This document shows, in pieces, positions 7,772 to 15,765 of a stretch of DNA of 32,000 bases; position 1 is the stretch's first letter; the number at the start of each line of letters is the position of its first letter. Made by a program: the position numbers and the translations under genes. Source of the DNA: Opitutales bacterium (GTDB lineage Bacteria > Verrucomicrobiota > Verrucomicrobiia > Opitutales > UBA9783); NCBI GenBank assembly GCA_046881885.1, contig JBKSMP010000006.1:50273-82272 (forward strand), read 5' to 3'. The notes beneath the pieces were generated by a model. That model saw only the letters and a program-made list of their open reading frames with translations. It did no database searches and was not told the origin of the DNA.

Positions 7772-9001
7772 ATGAGTATAGGAAGTTGGTCTGCTTCAAA
7801 AGGCATATCAAGTGGTAGAAATGCAACTGCAGATACAATGGAATGTTGTACACACTCTTTCATCGCGAATGCAGGCATAAAAGAAACAGAGTTGGTTTGG
7901 AATTTTTTCAATATGGTTGAGTTTTCAGGAGCAACTGTCAAGGGTATGAAATCTTTGGACTTTTCATCAGATTTTTCAATAAATATGCTAAAAGCTTTTG
8001 AAGAGTTTGATAATCTAGAACCTAAAGGCCTTATAACTCAACAGTTTACGGCACTTGCTCAAAAATGTGCAGATAAAGGTGTGAAGGTGTTGATTGGAGA
8101 AGATCCAAATCTTTCGAAAATATCAGGTATCTGTATTGAGAGTGGACGCTTAATAAATGATCATTATATTTTTATCAACATTTCAGAAGAATTGGTAAAA
8201 AAAGCAATGGAAAATCCTATATACGTCATTCAACAAGAAGGGGATAACATTCCTGAGATAAAAGCGATACCTTTAGGAAATCTTGTTGCAAGAACAATGG
8301 TTGCAGATTTCGATGATTCTAATTTGGTCGCTAAATGTGCTGTCTATTTATTATTTCATGAATTGTTTCATGTAAATTCCTATCATTTTGAATTTGCTGG
8401 TGACGGAACTTTAACAGATCCTGAGAATTTTGAAAAATCTCATAAATTTCCAGAAAATGTTAAAAGCGAAGATATTAATTTATTAATTGCTGGAAAATTT
8501 AGGTATGATGACCTCCGAAATGTTACAGAAGCTAAAACAGAGACAGAAATAAGGGTACCAGGAGAATATGAACTGTTACAAGCACTATATCCTAATAAAA
8601 AGATAATGCGGTTGTATGAAGGTAAATTTTTGGATTTTTCAAATCCAAAGGTTTTAGCGGCAGCTGTAAAAGTTGCAAGATTTGAAAATGACTGTTTAAA
8701 CTCAAAAAGTGATTCGCAACAACTTCTTAATAATGAAGAACTAGGTTGGGAAATTGAAACCTTTTTAAAAAAACATAAAGACAATAAAAATACATTTGAA
8801 TATAAATCCCTTGAGAAATTAAAAAATAACCTTAATAATTTTATAAAAATGCAGAAAAAACAATCTCTAGATTTTGTGCAAATTGACAATAGTGTATGGA
8901 AAGCACAAGCAGATGAGTATATGCAGGCAATGACAAAAAATTTAGAAAATACACAATTACAAAATGATATAAATAATGGAACCTATATTCCTAGCAAGTA
9001 A
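7772..9001 (+). CDS. HExxH zincin-like protein with no signal peptide; candidate metalloprotease effector
   Basis: A strong SD, AAGGAGG at 7761-7767, lies 4 nt before the ATG. HELFH is at nt 8357-8371 in the context AVYLLFHELFHVNSYH. The N-terminus MSIGSWSASKGISSGRNATADT is Ser-rich and lacks a hydrophobic signal. Confidence 0.6.
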   Translation: MSIGSWSASKGISSGRNATADTMECCTHSFIANAGIKETELVWNFFNMVEFSGATVKGMKSLDFSSDFSINMLKAFEEFDNLEPKGLITQQFTALAQKCADKGVKVLIGEDPNLSKISGICIESGRLINDHYIFINISEELVKKAMENPIYVIQQEGDNIPEIKAIPLGNLVARTMVADFDDSNLVAKCAVYLLFHELFHVNSYHFEFAGDGTLTDPENFEKSHKFPENVKSEDINLLIAGKFRYDDLRNVTEAKTETEIRVPGEYELLQALYPNKKIMRLYEGKFLDFSNPKVLAAAVKVARFENDCLNSKSDSQQLLNNEELGWEIETFLKKHKDNKNTFEYKSLEKLKNNLNNFIKMQKKQSLDFVQIDNSVWKAQADEYMQAMTKNLENTQLQNDINNGTYIPSK

Positions 9002-9038
9002 CACACAAAAGGGAAAAATATAGGCTGTATATTTTCAA

Positions 9039-9683
9039 TTATTGTAAAGAACAATTTTTTAGTTGTTGTGTGGACCTTTTTAATTTTTGATTATTTATCG
9101 TTGGCTTATGCTCAATTGCTTCAAAAATACTACCTATTTCAGTTAAATTAGGAGAATATCGGTCTTTTATTTCTTTAATGTCTCTAAAATAAGTAAATAT
9201 TTTAGCTTCACAGTCTTTAGGTTTCCAACGATATACCATGGTATATAAACTATATGTAATAGCTTCGTAACAGTCATAATAACCTAATTCGATAGGAGGA
9301 AAATTTAATTTTTCATACCAAGTCAAAAGTAAAATATAGGCAAAAAATGGATAAGTCCGAGAAAATTCAGTGCCATCTTCAGCGTGCACATGAAACATTC
9401 TAAATTTATCTAAAATAATTTCCTCATCCAGATGAATTTTTATAGAACTATTTTGACTTTTACTTAAATCATAAGGAGGGTATTTTTCAAAAACACTAGG
9501 ATCTAATGCTTCTTTAAAGTAATTTTTGTAGGTTTCATCTTTGTATTTGGTTACAATCTTTTGCAAATACTCCACCTCTTCATTAGAAAAATGCAAAACA
9601 TGAGAGCAGTTAGGGACAAGTTTAGCCATGGTATAGGAGAGCGCTAGAAAAAGCACTATTAAGCTATTAAATAGATTTTTCAC
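9039..9683 (-). CDS. Secreted hypothetical protein
   Basis: A GTG start gives MKNLFNSLIVLFLALSYTMA, a signal peptide. It is a 214-aa ORF with no competing frame and no motif I can assign. Confidence 0.5.
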   Translation of the reverse strand: MKNLFNSLIVLFLALSYTMAKLVPNCSHVLHFSNEEVEYLQKIVTKYKDETYKNYFKEALDPSVFEKYPPYDLSKSQNSSIKIHLDEEIILDKFRMFHVHAEDGTEFSRTYPFFAYILLLTWYEKLNFPPIELGYYDCYEAITYSLYTMVYRWKPKDCEAKIFTYFRDIKEIKDRYSPNLTEIGSIFEAIEHKPTINNQKLKRSTQQLKNCSLQ

Positions 9684-9757
9684 AGTAAAAGCAAATAAAA
9701 TAAATTGTAGTGTTTGTCAATAGAGTTCCTGAAAAATTGCTAGAAATTACTAAGTCT

Positions 9758-11032
9758 TTACGGTTTCAAGCAGCCAATCGGGACGATAGTAATCCCATCT
9801 AGTCGTCTATAGGCATAAGGGGTCAAGCCTGTAAGAACCATTTTGAAGGCAGGTGGAGGTATGGGGGATTGTTCAATCTGAGAAGCTAATTTTTTTAAGG
9901 ATGAAATCGCTTCTTCAATAGCACGATCACCGCCTAATTTGATTTCGATGAGGCCATATTGACCGTTTGGCAAATGAATAACAGCGTCACATTCTAAGCC
10001 ACTTTTATCACGATAATGATACACATTGCCTCCTAAATAATCCGTATAAATACGTAAATCACGTATACAAAGATTTTCAAAAAACAAGCCCATTGTATGT
10101 AAGTCTTGAATAAGGTCTTGAGGACCAAGGCCTAAGGCTGCAGTACCGATAGAAGGGTCCGTAAAATACCGCGTATTGGAAGTTCTAATCGCTGTTTGAG
10201 AACGTAAGTTAGGATTCCAGGCTTCGGCTTCTTCGATAACAAAAATCCTCTTTAGGGCCGTAATATAGGAAGCAATTGTGTCTTCCGATAAGGTTTTTAA
10301 TTCATGATTCGATAAGTTTTGGTGAATTGACCGTAAGGTTGTTTGGGAAGCAATACCTCTGGCATAAGAACGCATAAGACGCCGAGCGCGTTCCGGATTG
10401 CGCTTGACGGTGTCTGTTTTTGAAATGTCGGTATCAACAACAACCGTATAGTAATCAAAGGCCTGCATTAAGGCAATTTTATCGGAACAGTCGAGCGCTT
10501 TTGGCCACCCACCACGACAAATAAAAAACGCAAGCTGATCGATATCTATAGTGGCACTTCCATCAATCGTTGTATTGGCTTCGAAAAGCTGTTTTAAAGA
10601 TACGTTACCATTAGATTCTCCAGATTCAAATAGGCTCATGGGCCTCATTAATAATTTTGTAATACGACCGATTCCGGAATGATGAATGTTGGAAGTATCT
10701 GCTGGGACGGATGATCCGGTTAGAATAAACTGCCCAAATTCGTTGCGTTGATCGACTTCAAAACGTACTGTATCCCATAAATTGGGTGCAATTTGCCACT
10801 CATCAATTAGGCGAGGCGTTTCTCCTTCAAGTAATTTCGAAGGTTTTAATTCTGCGAGTTCCAAGTTTTGTTTAACCTTGTGAGGTTCTTGCATATATAG
10901 TATGCTTTTAGCAACTTGACTCGCTGTTGTTGTTTTCCCGCACCACTTCGCTCCTTCAATTAAAACAGCACCTTTAGCTTTTAATTTTTCTTTTAAAACT
11001 TTGTCGACAATCCTCGCTTTGTAAGCTCCCAT
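9758..11032 (-). CDS. AAA+ ATPase of the COG1373 type (AAA_14 plus DUF4143-like); paralogue of 2805-4103
   Basis: Walker A GAKWCGKTTT and Walker B-like RLIDEWQ are present, with C-terminal ECDAVI...GLIEIKLG. The architecture matches the ATPase at 2805-4103. Confidence 0.8.
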   Translation of the reverse strand: MGAYKARIVDKVLKEKLKAKGAVLIEGAKWCGKTTTASQVAKSILYMQEPHKVKQNLELAELKPSKLLEGETPRLIDEWQIAPNLWDTVRFEVDQRNEFGQFILTGSSVPADTSNIHHSGIGRITKLLMRPMSLFESGESNGNVSLKQLFEANTTIDGSATIDIDQLAFFICRGGWPKALDCSDKIALMQAFDYYTVVVDTDISKTDTVKRNPERARRLMRSYARGIASQTTLRSIHQNLSNHELKTLSEDTIASYITALKRIFVIEEAEAWNPNLRSQTAIRTSNTRYFTDPSIGTAALGLGPQDLIQDLHTMGLFFENLCIRDLRIYTDYLGGNVYHYRDKSGLECDAVIHLPNGQYGLIEIKLGGDRAIEEAISSLKKLASQIEQSPIPPPAFKMVLTGLTPYAYRRLDGITIVPIGCLKP

Positions 11033-11054
11033 ACCTCAACATACAAACATAAAA

Positions 11055-11146
11055 TCGGTGTTTTGGCAATAATTTAATCGGCATTTTGGCAGCTTTTCGC
11101 TTGGCGATTTGGCTGGTTTTTGTTTGCCTGTTTGGCAAAACCTCAA
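11055..11146. repeat. Four degenerate 23-bp tandem units, each carrying TTTGGC; iteron/operator-like array
   Basis: TTTGGC starts at 11062, 11085, 11108 and 11131, an exact 23-bp spacing. Units: tcggtgttttggcaataatttaa / tcggcattttggcagcttttcgc / ttggcgatttggctggtttttgt / ttgcctgtttggcaaaacctcaa. The array lies 23-114 bp upstream of the ATPase start at 11032. Confidence 0.4.
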
Positions 11147-11320
11147 ACTATCTTCAGTTTAATGAAGCTATTTTGTGAAATAATAAAACTTAAAGTAATT
11201 TGTTTGTTTTTGTCCTTTATCAATAAGAGATAAATCTTGTTAATTTGATAGATTTCTTGCTTCCAAAAACAGAGCAAGCCTTCCGAACGGAAGGCTTGAA
11301 AAAACTCAGATCTGTAAAGA

Positions 11321-12022
11321 TTATCTATTACGTCGTATACCGCGCATAGCTGCCATTAAGTTGTTTGCTCTTGCCTTCAAAGGCAATACGCAATCATTCC
11401 ATTCATTTTGTCCAATGTTTGCTGGTCTTACATTGCAATCAACATATTGTACATAATCCTCCAAAGCATGATTTTGTACAAAATCATAAAACGCTCTACG
11501 TTGACTTCTTATTCTAGCAATTTGATTTTGTGTGTAAAATCTTACTTTATTTATGATAGGCCTTATATCAAAAGTAATATAATCATCATTTCCTGCAGAT
11601 AATTCATTCATACATGCCTGTATTGATGTTGCTAAGTCAACGTTGGCATAATAAGGCGGCAACCATATTGTCTGTCCATGATTTTGAAAGTCAATACAAT
11701 CGAGAGCTGTAAATAAACTAAAAAGACTATCTTCGTCATATTCAAAAAAAGGAAGATAGAGATTTGAGATGGTGCTTCCCATAAATACGTCATCATTTGT
11801 ATTTGAAGAAGAACTATACTCAAAAGCTTCCAAATTAACTCCATAGAAATTGGTTGTGTCCATAGGTTCAAACGTAGCTTCTTCCCATAATACATCATGG
11901 ACACAGAAGAAATGCTTGTAGTTTGTATTTCCTAAATTTCTTACTGCAAATACAGTATTGCTTGCTGTTGCTATTGTACCAACACTTAATAATACATTTT
12001 TTAATAATTTTTTGTAATTCAT
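11321..12022 (-). CDS. Secreted hypothetical protein
   Basis: The ATG at 12022 is preceded by GGAAGG (complement of 12031-12036) and gives MNYKKLLKNVLLSVGTIATASNTVFA, a signal peptide. The track's longer start at 12070 adds an implausible FFFSFKFK leader. The protein contains FFEYDEDS. Confidence 0.55.
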   Translation of the reverse strand: MNYKKLLKNVLLSVGTIATASNTVFAVRNLGNTNYKHFFCVHDVLWEEATFEPMDTTNFYGVNLEAFEYSSSSNTNDDVFMGSTISNLYLPFFEYDEDSLFSLFTALDCIDFQNHGQTIWLPPYYANVDLATSIQACMNELSAGNDDYITFDIRPIINKVRFYTQNQIARIRSQRRAFYDFVQNHALEDYVQYVDCNVRPANIGQNEWNDCVLPLKARANNLMAAMRGIRRNR

Positions 12023-12163
12023 ATTTTTTCCTTCCTTGGTTTTAAATTTAAAAGAGAAAAAGAAGATCAATTATTTTTTATTCTGTCAATATATTTTTTA
12101 AGTTTTGAGTAAAAGACTTGCCAGAAGGAAGGTTATACTTTATGGTTATAAAATATAAGAACT

Positions 12164-13075
12164 ATGAAGTATGAAGAAACTATTATTTTAGAAAAGATAG
12201 AAGCGAGTAAAAGGAAGCTATTGGAGTTATTATCACAAAAAGAACGGGTAGAACAACTTAATGCATGGTTAAAAACTGAATTGACGTATACGTCCAATGG
12301 ACTGGAAGGAAGCACATTAACGCGACAAGAAACAATTTTAGCGATTGAAGAGCAATTAACTTCTGGGTCCAAACCGATAAAACATTATTGGGAAGCCATT
12401 AATCATGCTAAAGCTTTTTCATGGATTTACGAACAAATACGAGCGGGTATTTGTATCAATGAAGCCTTTATTTTAGAAATTCATAAAAAGATTTTAGACG
12501 GTATAGATAGTTTAAATGCTGGATTTTATCGTTCTGTACGCGTTCGTATTTTAGGCTCAAGAACCATTTTGCCAAATCCGTTAAAAATTCCAGATTTAAT
12601 GCAAGAATTTTGTGATTGGTTAGTAAAAACGAAGCAATCACCTATCGAAAAAGCATTGGAAGCTCATTACCGCTTGGTAACCATTCATCCATTCATTGAT
12701 GGCAATGGTCGCACGGCACGTTTGTTGATGAATGCCATTTTGATGCAGGCTCAATACGCACCGATGATTATACGGCGCTTGGATCGAAAACGTTATTTGT
12801 CTTCTATTGAAAAGCGGCAGGTTGATGGACAAGGTGATTATTATCGGCGTTTTATGCTACAAGCCTTGAATCGTTCTCTAAAGATGGTTATTGCCCAATT
12901 AGATGAGCCTCAAAGTCATTCAGCTTCGAAAGGATTAACGATTTCTAAATTTGCTCAAAAAGTAAATTTGCCGGTTTCTACCGTTCGCTATTGGGTCAAA
13001 ATCGGAAAATTAAAGCCAGCTGCTTATTCAGATAGCGGTTACATGCTTTTTTCTCCTGATCAGACAGTGGAATAG
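12164..13075 (+). CDS. Class II Fic-domain protein (putative AMPylase) with a C-terminal MerR-type HTH
   Basis: The canonical Fic motif HPFIDGNGRTARLLMN is at nt 12686 onward. An N-terminal inhibitory-helix motif (S/T)xxxE(G/N) appears as SNGLEG (nt 12293-12310). The C-terminus LTISKFAQKVNLPVSTVRYWVKIGKLKPAAYSDSGYMLF matches the MerR N-terminal HTH pattern. Confidence 0.85.
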   Translation: MKYEETIILEKIEASKRKLLELLSQKERVEQLNAWLKTELTYTSNGLEGSTLTRQETILAIEEQLTSGSKPIKHYWEAINHAKAFSWIYEQIRAGICINEAFILEIHKKILDGIDSLNAGFYRSVRVRILGSRTILPNPLKIPDLMQEFCDWLVKTKQSPIEKALEAHYRLVTIHPFIDGNGRTARLLMNAILMQAQYAPMIIRRLDRKRYLSSIEKRQVDGQGDYYRRFMLQALNRSLKMVIAQLDEPQSHSASKGLTISKFAQKVNLPVSTVRYWVKIGKLKPAAYSDSGYMLFSPDQTVE

Positions 13076-13147
13076 GAAAAGCGTATTTACAAAGTAGCAT
13101 AAAAAACTACAGATATTGCGGTCATTTAACGAATATTATAAGTTGCC

Positions 13148-13210
13148 TGAAGTTTAAAACAGTAAAATACTGTTAAAAACAGTTATAAATAGGATAATAA
13201 CTGTTATAAA
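13148..13210. repeat. Left flanking repeat of the TA cassette (direct segment plus hairpin)
   Basis: 13151-13176, agtttaaaacagtaaaatactgttaa, is identical to 13954-13979. It is followed by the hairpin aacagttat-aaataggata-ataactgtt (13178-13205). Confidence 0.7.
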
Positions 13211-13273
13211 CACCTTAAAACATCGAAAGTTATCCAACAAAAAAGTACTAAAATATTTAAGCATAGGACAGTA

Positions 13274-13304
13274 TTGACATTGACAAGCGTACGTATTTTA
13301 TGAT
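13274..13304 (+). promoter_or_regulatory. Candidate sigma-70-like promoter of the TA operon
   Basis: Tandem TTGACA hexamers lie at 13274-13279 and 13280-13285, followed by the AT-rich tattttatgat (TATGAT at 13299-13304) just upstream of the ATG at 13316. Spacing is non-ideal for either hexamer and no SD is present, so the transcript may be leaderless or short-leadered. Confidence 0.3.
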
Positions 13305-13315
13305 TCAATAGTACT

Positions 13316-13540
13316 ATGAATGTAATAGCCATAAGCCGATTTCGACAAAAACTTTATCAATTGGTTGCTAACATAAGGAATGAAGCTATTGTTTTTTCTT
13401 ATAAACATAAAAAATATCGCGTTATTGACGAAGAAGAGTATCAAAAGCTCGAGACGATGCAAATATGGAACAAATTTCCTAAGTTTAATATGAGTGCTGA
13501 AGCAGTAAAACAGGCTGTGAATGATGGACGTAAACATTAG
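13316..13540 (+). CDS. Phd/YefM-type antitoxin
   Basis: MNVIAISRFRQKLYQLVANIRNEAIVFSYKHKKYRVIDEEEYQKLE fits the Phd/YefM N-terminal pattern. At 74 aa, it overlaps the downstream PIN gene by 20 nt. Confidence 0.7.
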   Translation: MNVIAISRFRQKLYQLVANIRNEAIVFSYKHKKYRVIDEEEYQKLETMQIWNKFPKFNMSAEAVKQAVNDGRKH

Positions 13541-13934
13541 TGCTTTTGTCGTCGATAATTCTTGTCTTATTGAATGCATCGATAATCCCAATAAATTTCC
13601 ATTGTTTTTTGATTTGGATATTAAAAAATATACACCTCATTTGCTATTGTATGAATTAAGCAATGTGCTTTTAGGGAAAATAAAAAAGAACGTTATCGAT
13701 GCCCATAGAGCTTATGATGATATTATAGATCGTGTTGTGAAAATGCTCCATTTTGTGGATTATCCAAAAAACGAAAATGCAATTGATATTTTTCATAATG
13801 CTCAAAAATATAATTTAACGTTTTACGATGCTGCTTATTTGCAGTTAGCTATCGACAAAACTTTGCCCTTGGCGACATACGACAAACAGCTCATTTATGC
13901 AGCCGAACAAGAAGGTTTACAATTGCTTTGCTAG
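13521..13934 (+). CDS. vapC: PIN-domain toxin (VapC-like)
   Basis: 137 aa. An N-terminal acidic motif, FVVDNS, and the C-terminal LTFYDAAYLQLA...LATYDKQL are typical of PIN/VapC. The gene is coupled to an upstream antitoxin gene. Confidence 0.75.
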   Translation: MMDVNISAFVVDNSCLIECIDNPNKFPLFFDLDIKKYTPHLLLYELSNVLLGKIKKNVIDAHRAYDDIIDRVVKMLHFVDYPKNENAIDIFHNAQKYNLTFYDAAYLQLAIDKTLPLATYDKQLIYAAEQEGLQLLC

Positions 13935-13950
13935 AGATATTCTAGTTTTC

Positions 13951-14013
13951 TGCAGTTTAAAACAGTAAAATACTGTTAATAACAGTTATTATCCTATTTA
14001 TAACTGTTATTAA
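13951..14013. repeat. Right flanking repeat of the TA cassette; same direct segment, but the hairpin loop is inverted
   Basis: 13954-13979 equals 13151-13176 (26/26). The hairpin ttaataacagttat-tatcctattt-ataactgttattaa (13976-14013) has 14-bp perfect arms. Its 10-nt loop is the exact reverse complement of the loop at 13187-13196. Confidence 0.7.
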
Positions 14014-14049
14014 TAGCAAAAAACCAAAAGAATGGCTAGGTTTAATGTA

Positions 14050-14078
14050 GTTAATAACTGTTTTAAACAGTTATTAAC
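14050..14078. repeat. Perfect 29-bp palindrome built from the same AACAGTTAT/ATAACTGTT words
   Basis: gttaataactgttt-t-aaacagttattaac has 14-bp perfect arms. It lies 37 bp right of the right flanking repeat. Confidence 0.6.
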
Positions 14079-14329
14079 AGTAGAAAACCATAAACAACTT
14101 TAAAAAAGTTGTTCCAAGGGGATCGCCCTTGAGCGAGCAGAAATGAGTCATCCCTGCACCCAACGGACTTCTGCTTGTTTTTAATTTTTAAGCAAACTGC
14201 TTTCGAATGAACAAGTCGCAGAAGTTTTGTGTTGAGTTTTGGTGATTTGAATAAAACTTACGCAAAGAAAAGTAATATTTGTATGTTTTTTGATGGACAT
14301 TATTTACTGGGTTTATTTTCATTACTAGA

Positions 14330-15712
14330 ATGTTTATTCTAAATAAAGAAATAGTGAGAAAAATCTTTTCTCGTTCGATTGCTAAGGTTGTTGCTATTCT
14401 TAGTTTAACATCTCTTGTACAGGCTGCACAGTTTCATTTGCCACCTGGAACGCCGGGATTACAACATGAAAATGCTCAATCTCCCCTGAATCCTTTTATG
14501 GACTGTGTTCATATCCATATTCCCAATACAACTTGTCATTTATATTTTCCTATCGATGGTTCTCAGCCAACGACAACTGAAGCAGGACAATATTCTGGAG
14601 CAAGATTTGTTGGCCAACTTGGTGACGACTTAGTAACTGATTGGTGGGTGAGAGTGTTTGGCGGGAATAGGGCTGTGAATTGGTCTAGGCCAGATGACCA
14701 GCAATTACTAAACCAACCTCCAGATATTCCAATGGGGTTTGATATAAATGGTAATATTGCGCATATTATCAATGTAAAACACCTTTCACTTTGTGCAGGC
14801 TGGAATAGTCTTAGAATATCCTTTTGGCAGGCATTTCGCCAAATTGCTGCTGATCCTGTGGGACGGGTGCTTCTCTATCGATTGTTGATCGAAATTAGAA
14901 GGGTTGATAGTGACACCTCGACACAAGGATGTGAAGAAAAAGGAGATCGAGATAATGATGAGATTATTCGAGATGATGATATTAATAAAAAATGTCGTTC
15001 AATAAAAATTAATCAAGCAATAGAGGGTTGCTGTTTTAAAATAGGTGATAATGGTGCACAAATAGATTTTGAAGATTTAAATAGAGGTACATTTGTTTTT
15101 TACTTCGTGAAAAATCATGGTACATTGTTAACTAAAAATCAAGATCGTCCCGTTGATGTAGCTCTATTTCATGAAATGCTTCATTGGTTTCATTATTTGA
15201 GAAGATTGCAAAGAGTATTGGAAAATAAAAGTGGCAAACCTGATAGTTTTAAGTATGTTTTGCGTTGTTATTATGGAAACCAAACAGAATTGTGCGTTTG
15301 GGGACTGATTTGTAATGTGGAAGAAATTGCAACCATCCTAGGTTCACCTAATCATAATAATCAAGAGTTCATTAGATTAATGCATGAAGATGCGTTTTTG
15401 CTCGCCGGGAATCCAAATTTGATTAACAATCCCAATTTTATTATGGTCAACATAAATGGTGTTCCACAATACATTCCGTATAGCGAAAGGTTTTTAAATG
15501 GAGATGATTTGTCTGAAAATGCTTATCGTGCATCTAAAGATCTTCCTATTCGTTATGGACATGTAAATACGTCTATTAGTAGTTATAATATTTTTAATAT
15601 ACCTTCTCGTTTTATTTTAGCACATCGAGTAGCTTTTTATTGTTATTATGAAGTTACAGGACAAATTTTGAGAATGTGGAATTTTGGTCCTGGAGAAGCT
15701 ATTGCGATGTAA
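14330..15712 (+). CDS. Secreted HExxH zinc metalloprotease-like protein with an extended HExxHxxHxL signature
   Basis: The signal peptide is MFILNKEIVRKIFSRSIAKVVAILSLTSLVQAAQF. HEMLHWFHYL is at nt 15170-15199. Downstream are NVEEIATILG and LSENAYRASKDLPIRYGH. The HExxHxxHxL spacing matches my recollection of clostridial-neurotoxin and NleD/HopH1-type zincins, which is unverified. Confidence 0.65.
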   Translation: MFILNKEIVRKIFSRSIAKVVAILSLTSLVQAAQFHLPPGTPGLQHENAQSPLNPFMDCVHIHIPNTTCHLYFPIDGSQPTTTEAGQYSGARFVGQLGDDLVTDWWVRVFGGNRAVNWSRPDDQQLLNQPPDIPMGFDINGNIAHIINVKHLSLCAGWNSLRISFWQAFRQIAADPVGRVLLYRLLIEIRRVDSDTSTQGCEEKGDRDNDEIIRDDDINKKCRSIKINQAIEGCCFKIGDNGAQIDFEDLNRGTFVFYFVKNHGTLLTKNQDRPVDVALFHEMLHWFHYLRRLQRVLENKSGKPDSFKYVLRCYYGNQTELCVWGLICNVEEIATILGSPNHNNQEFIRLMHEDAFLLAGNPNLINNPNFIMVNINGVPQYIPYSERFLNGDDLSENAYRASKDLPIRYGHVNTSISSYNIFNIPSRFILAHRVAFYCYYEVTGQILRMWNFGPGEAIAM

Positions 15713-15765
15713 AATCATAAAATAAAAAACTTGATTTTTTATAAGAATAGTAATTGTTATAAGTC

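Noticed and set aside
9370-9400. HVHAE in the 214-aa secreted protein looked like a deaminase HAE motif.
   Set aside because: No downstream PCxxC/CxxC partner exists in the protein; there are only isolated Cys residues. The resemblance is most likely fortuitous.
11062-11100. TGGCA-containing words (tggcaat, tggcagcttttcgct) looked like sigma-54 -24/-12 elements.
   Set aside because: The -12 TTGC element is not matched at the correct spacing. The orientation points away from the only adjacent gene start (the ATPase is on the minus strand). The 23-bp phased repeat is the better description.
13150-14080. The repeated AACAGT-containing units could be mistaken for a mini CRISPR array.
   Set aside because: There are only two long copies, separated by a 0.8-kb protein-coding TA operon. 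The units are palindromic hairpins of unequal structure, with no regular repeat-spacer periodicity and no cas genes.
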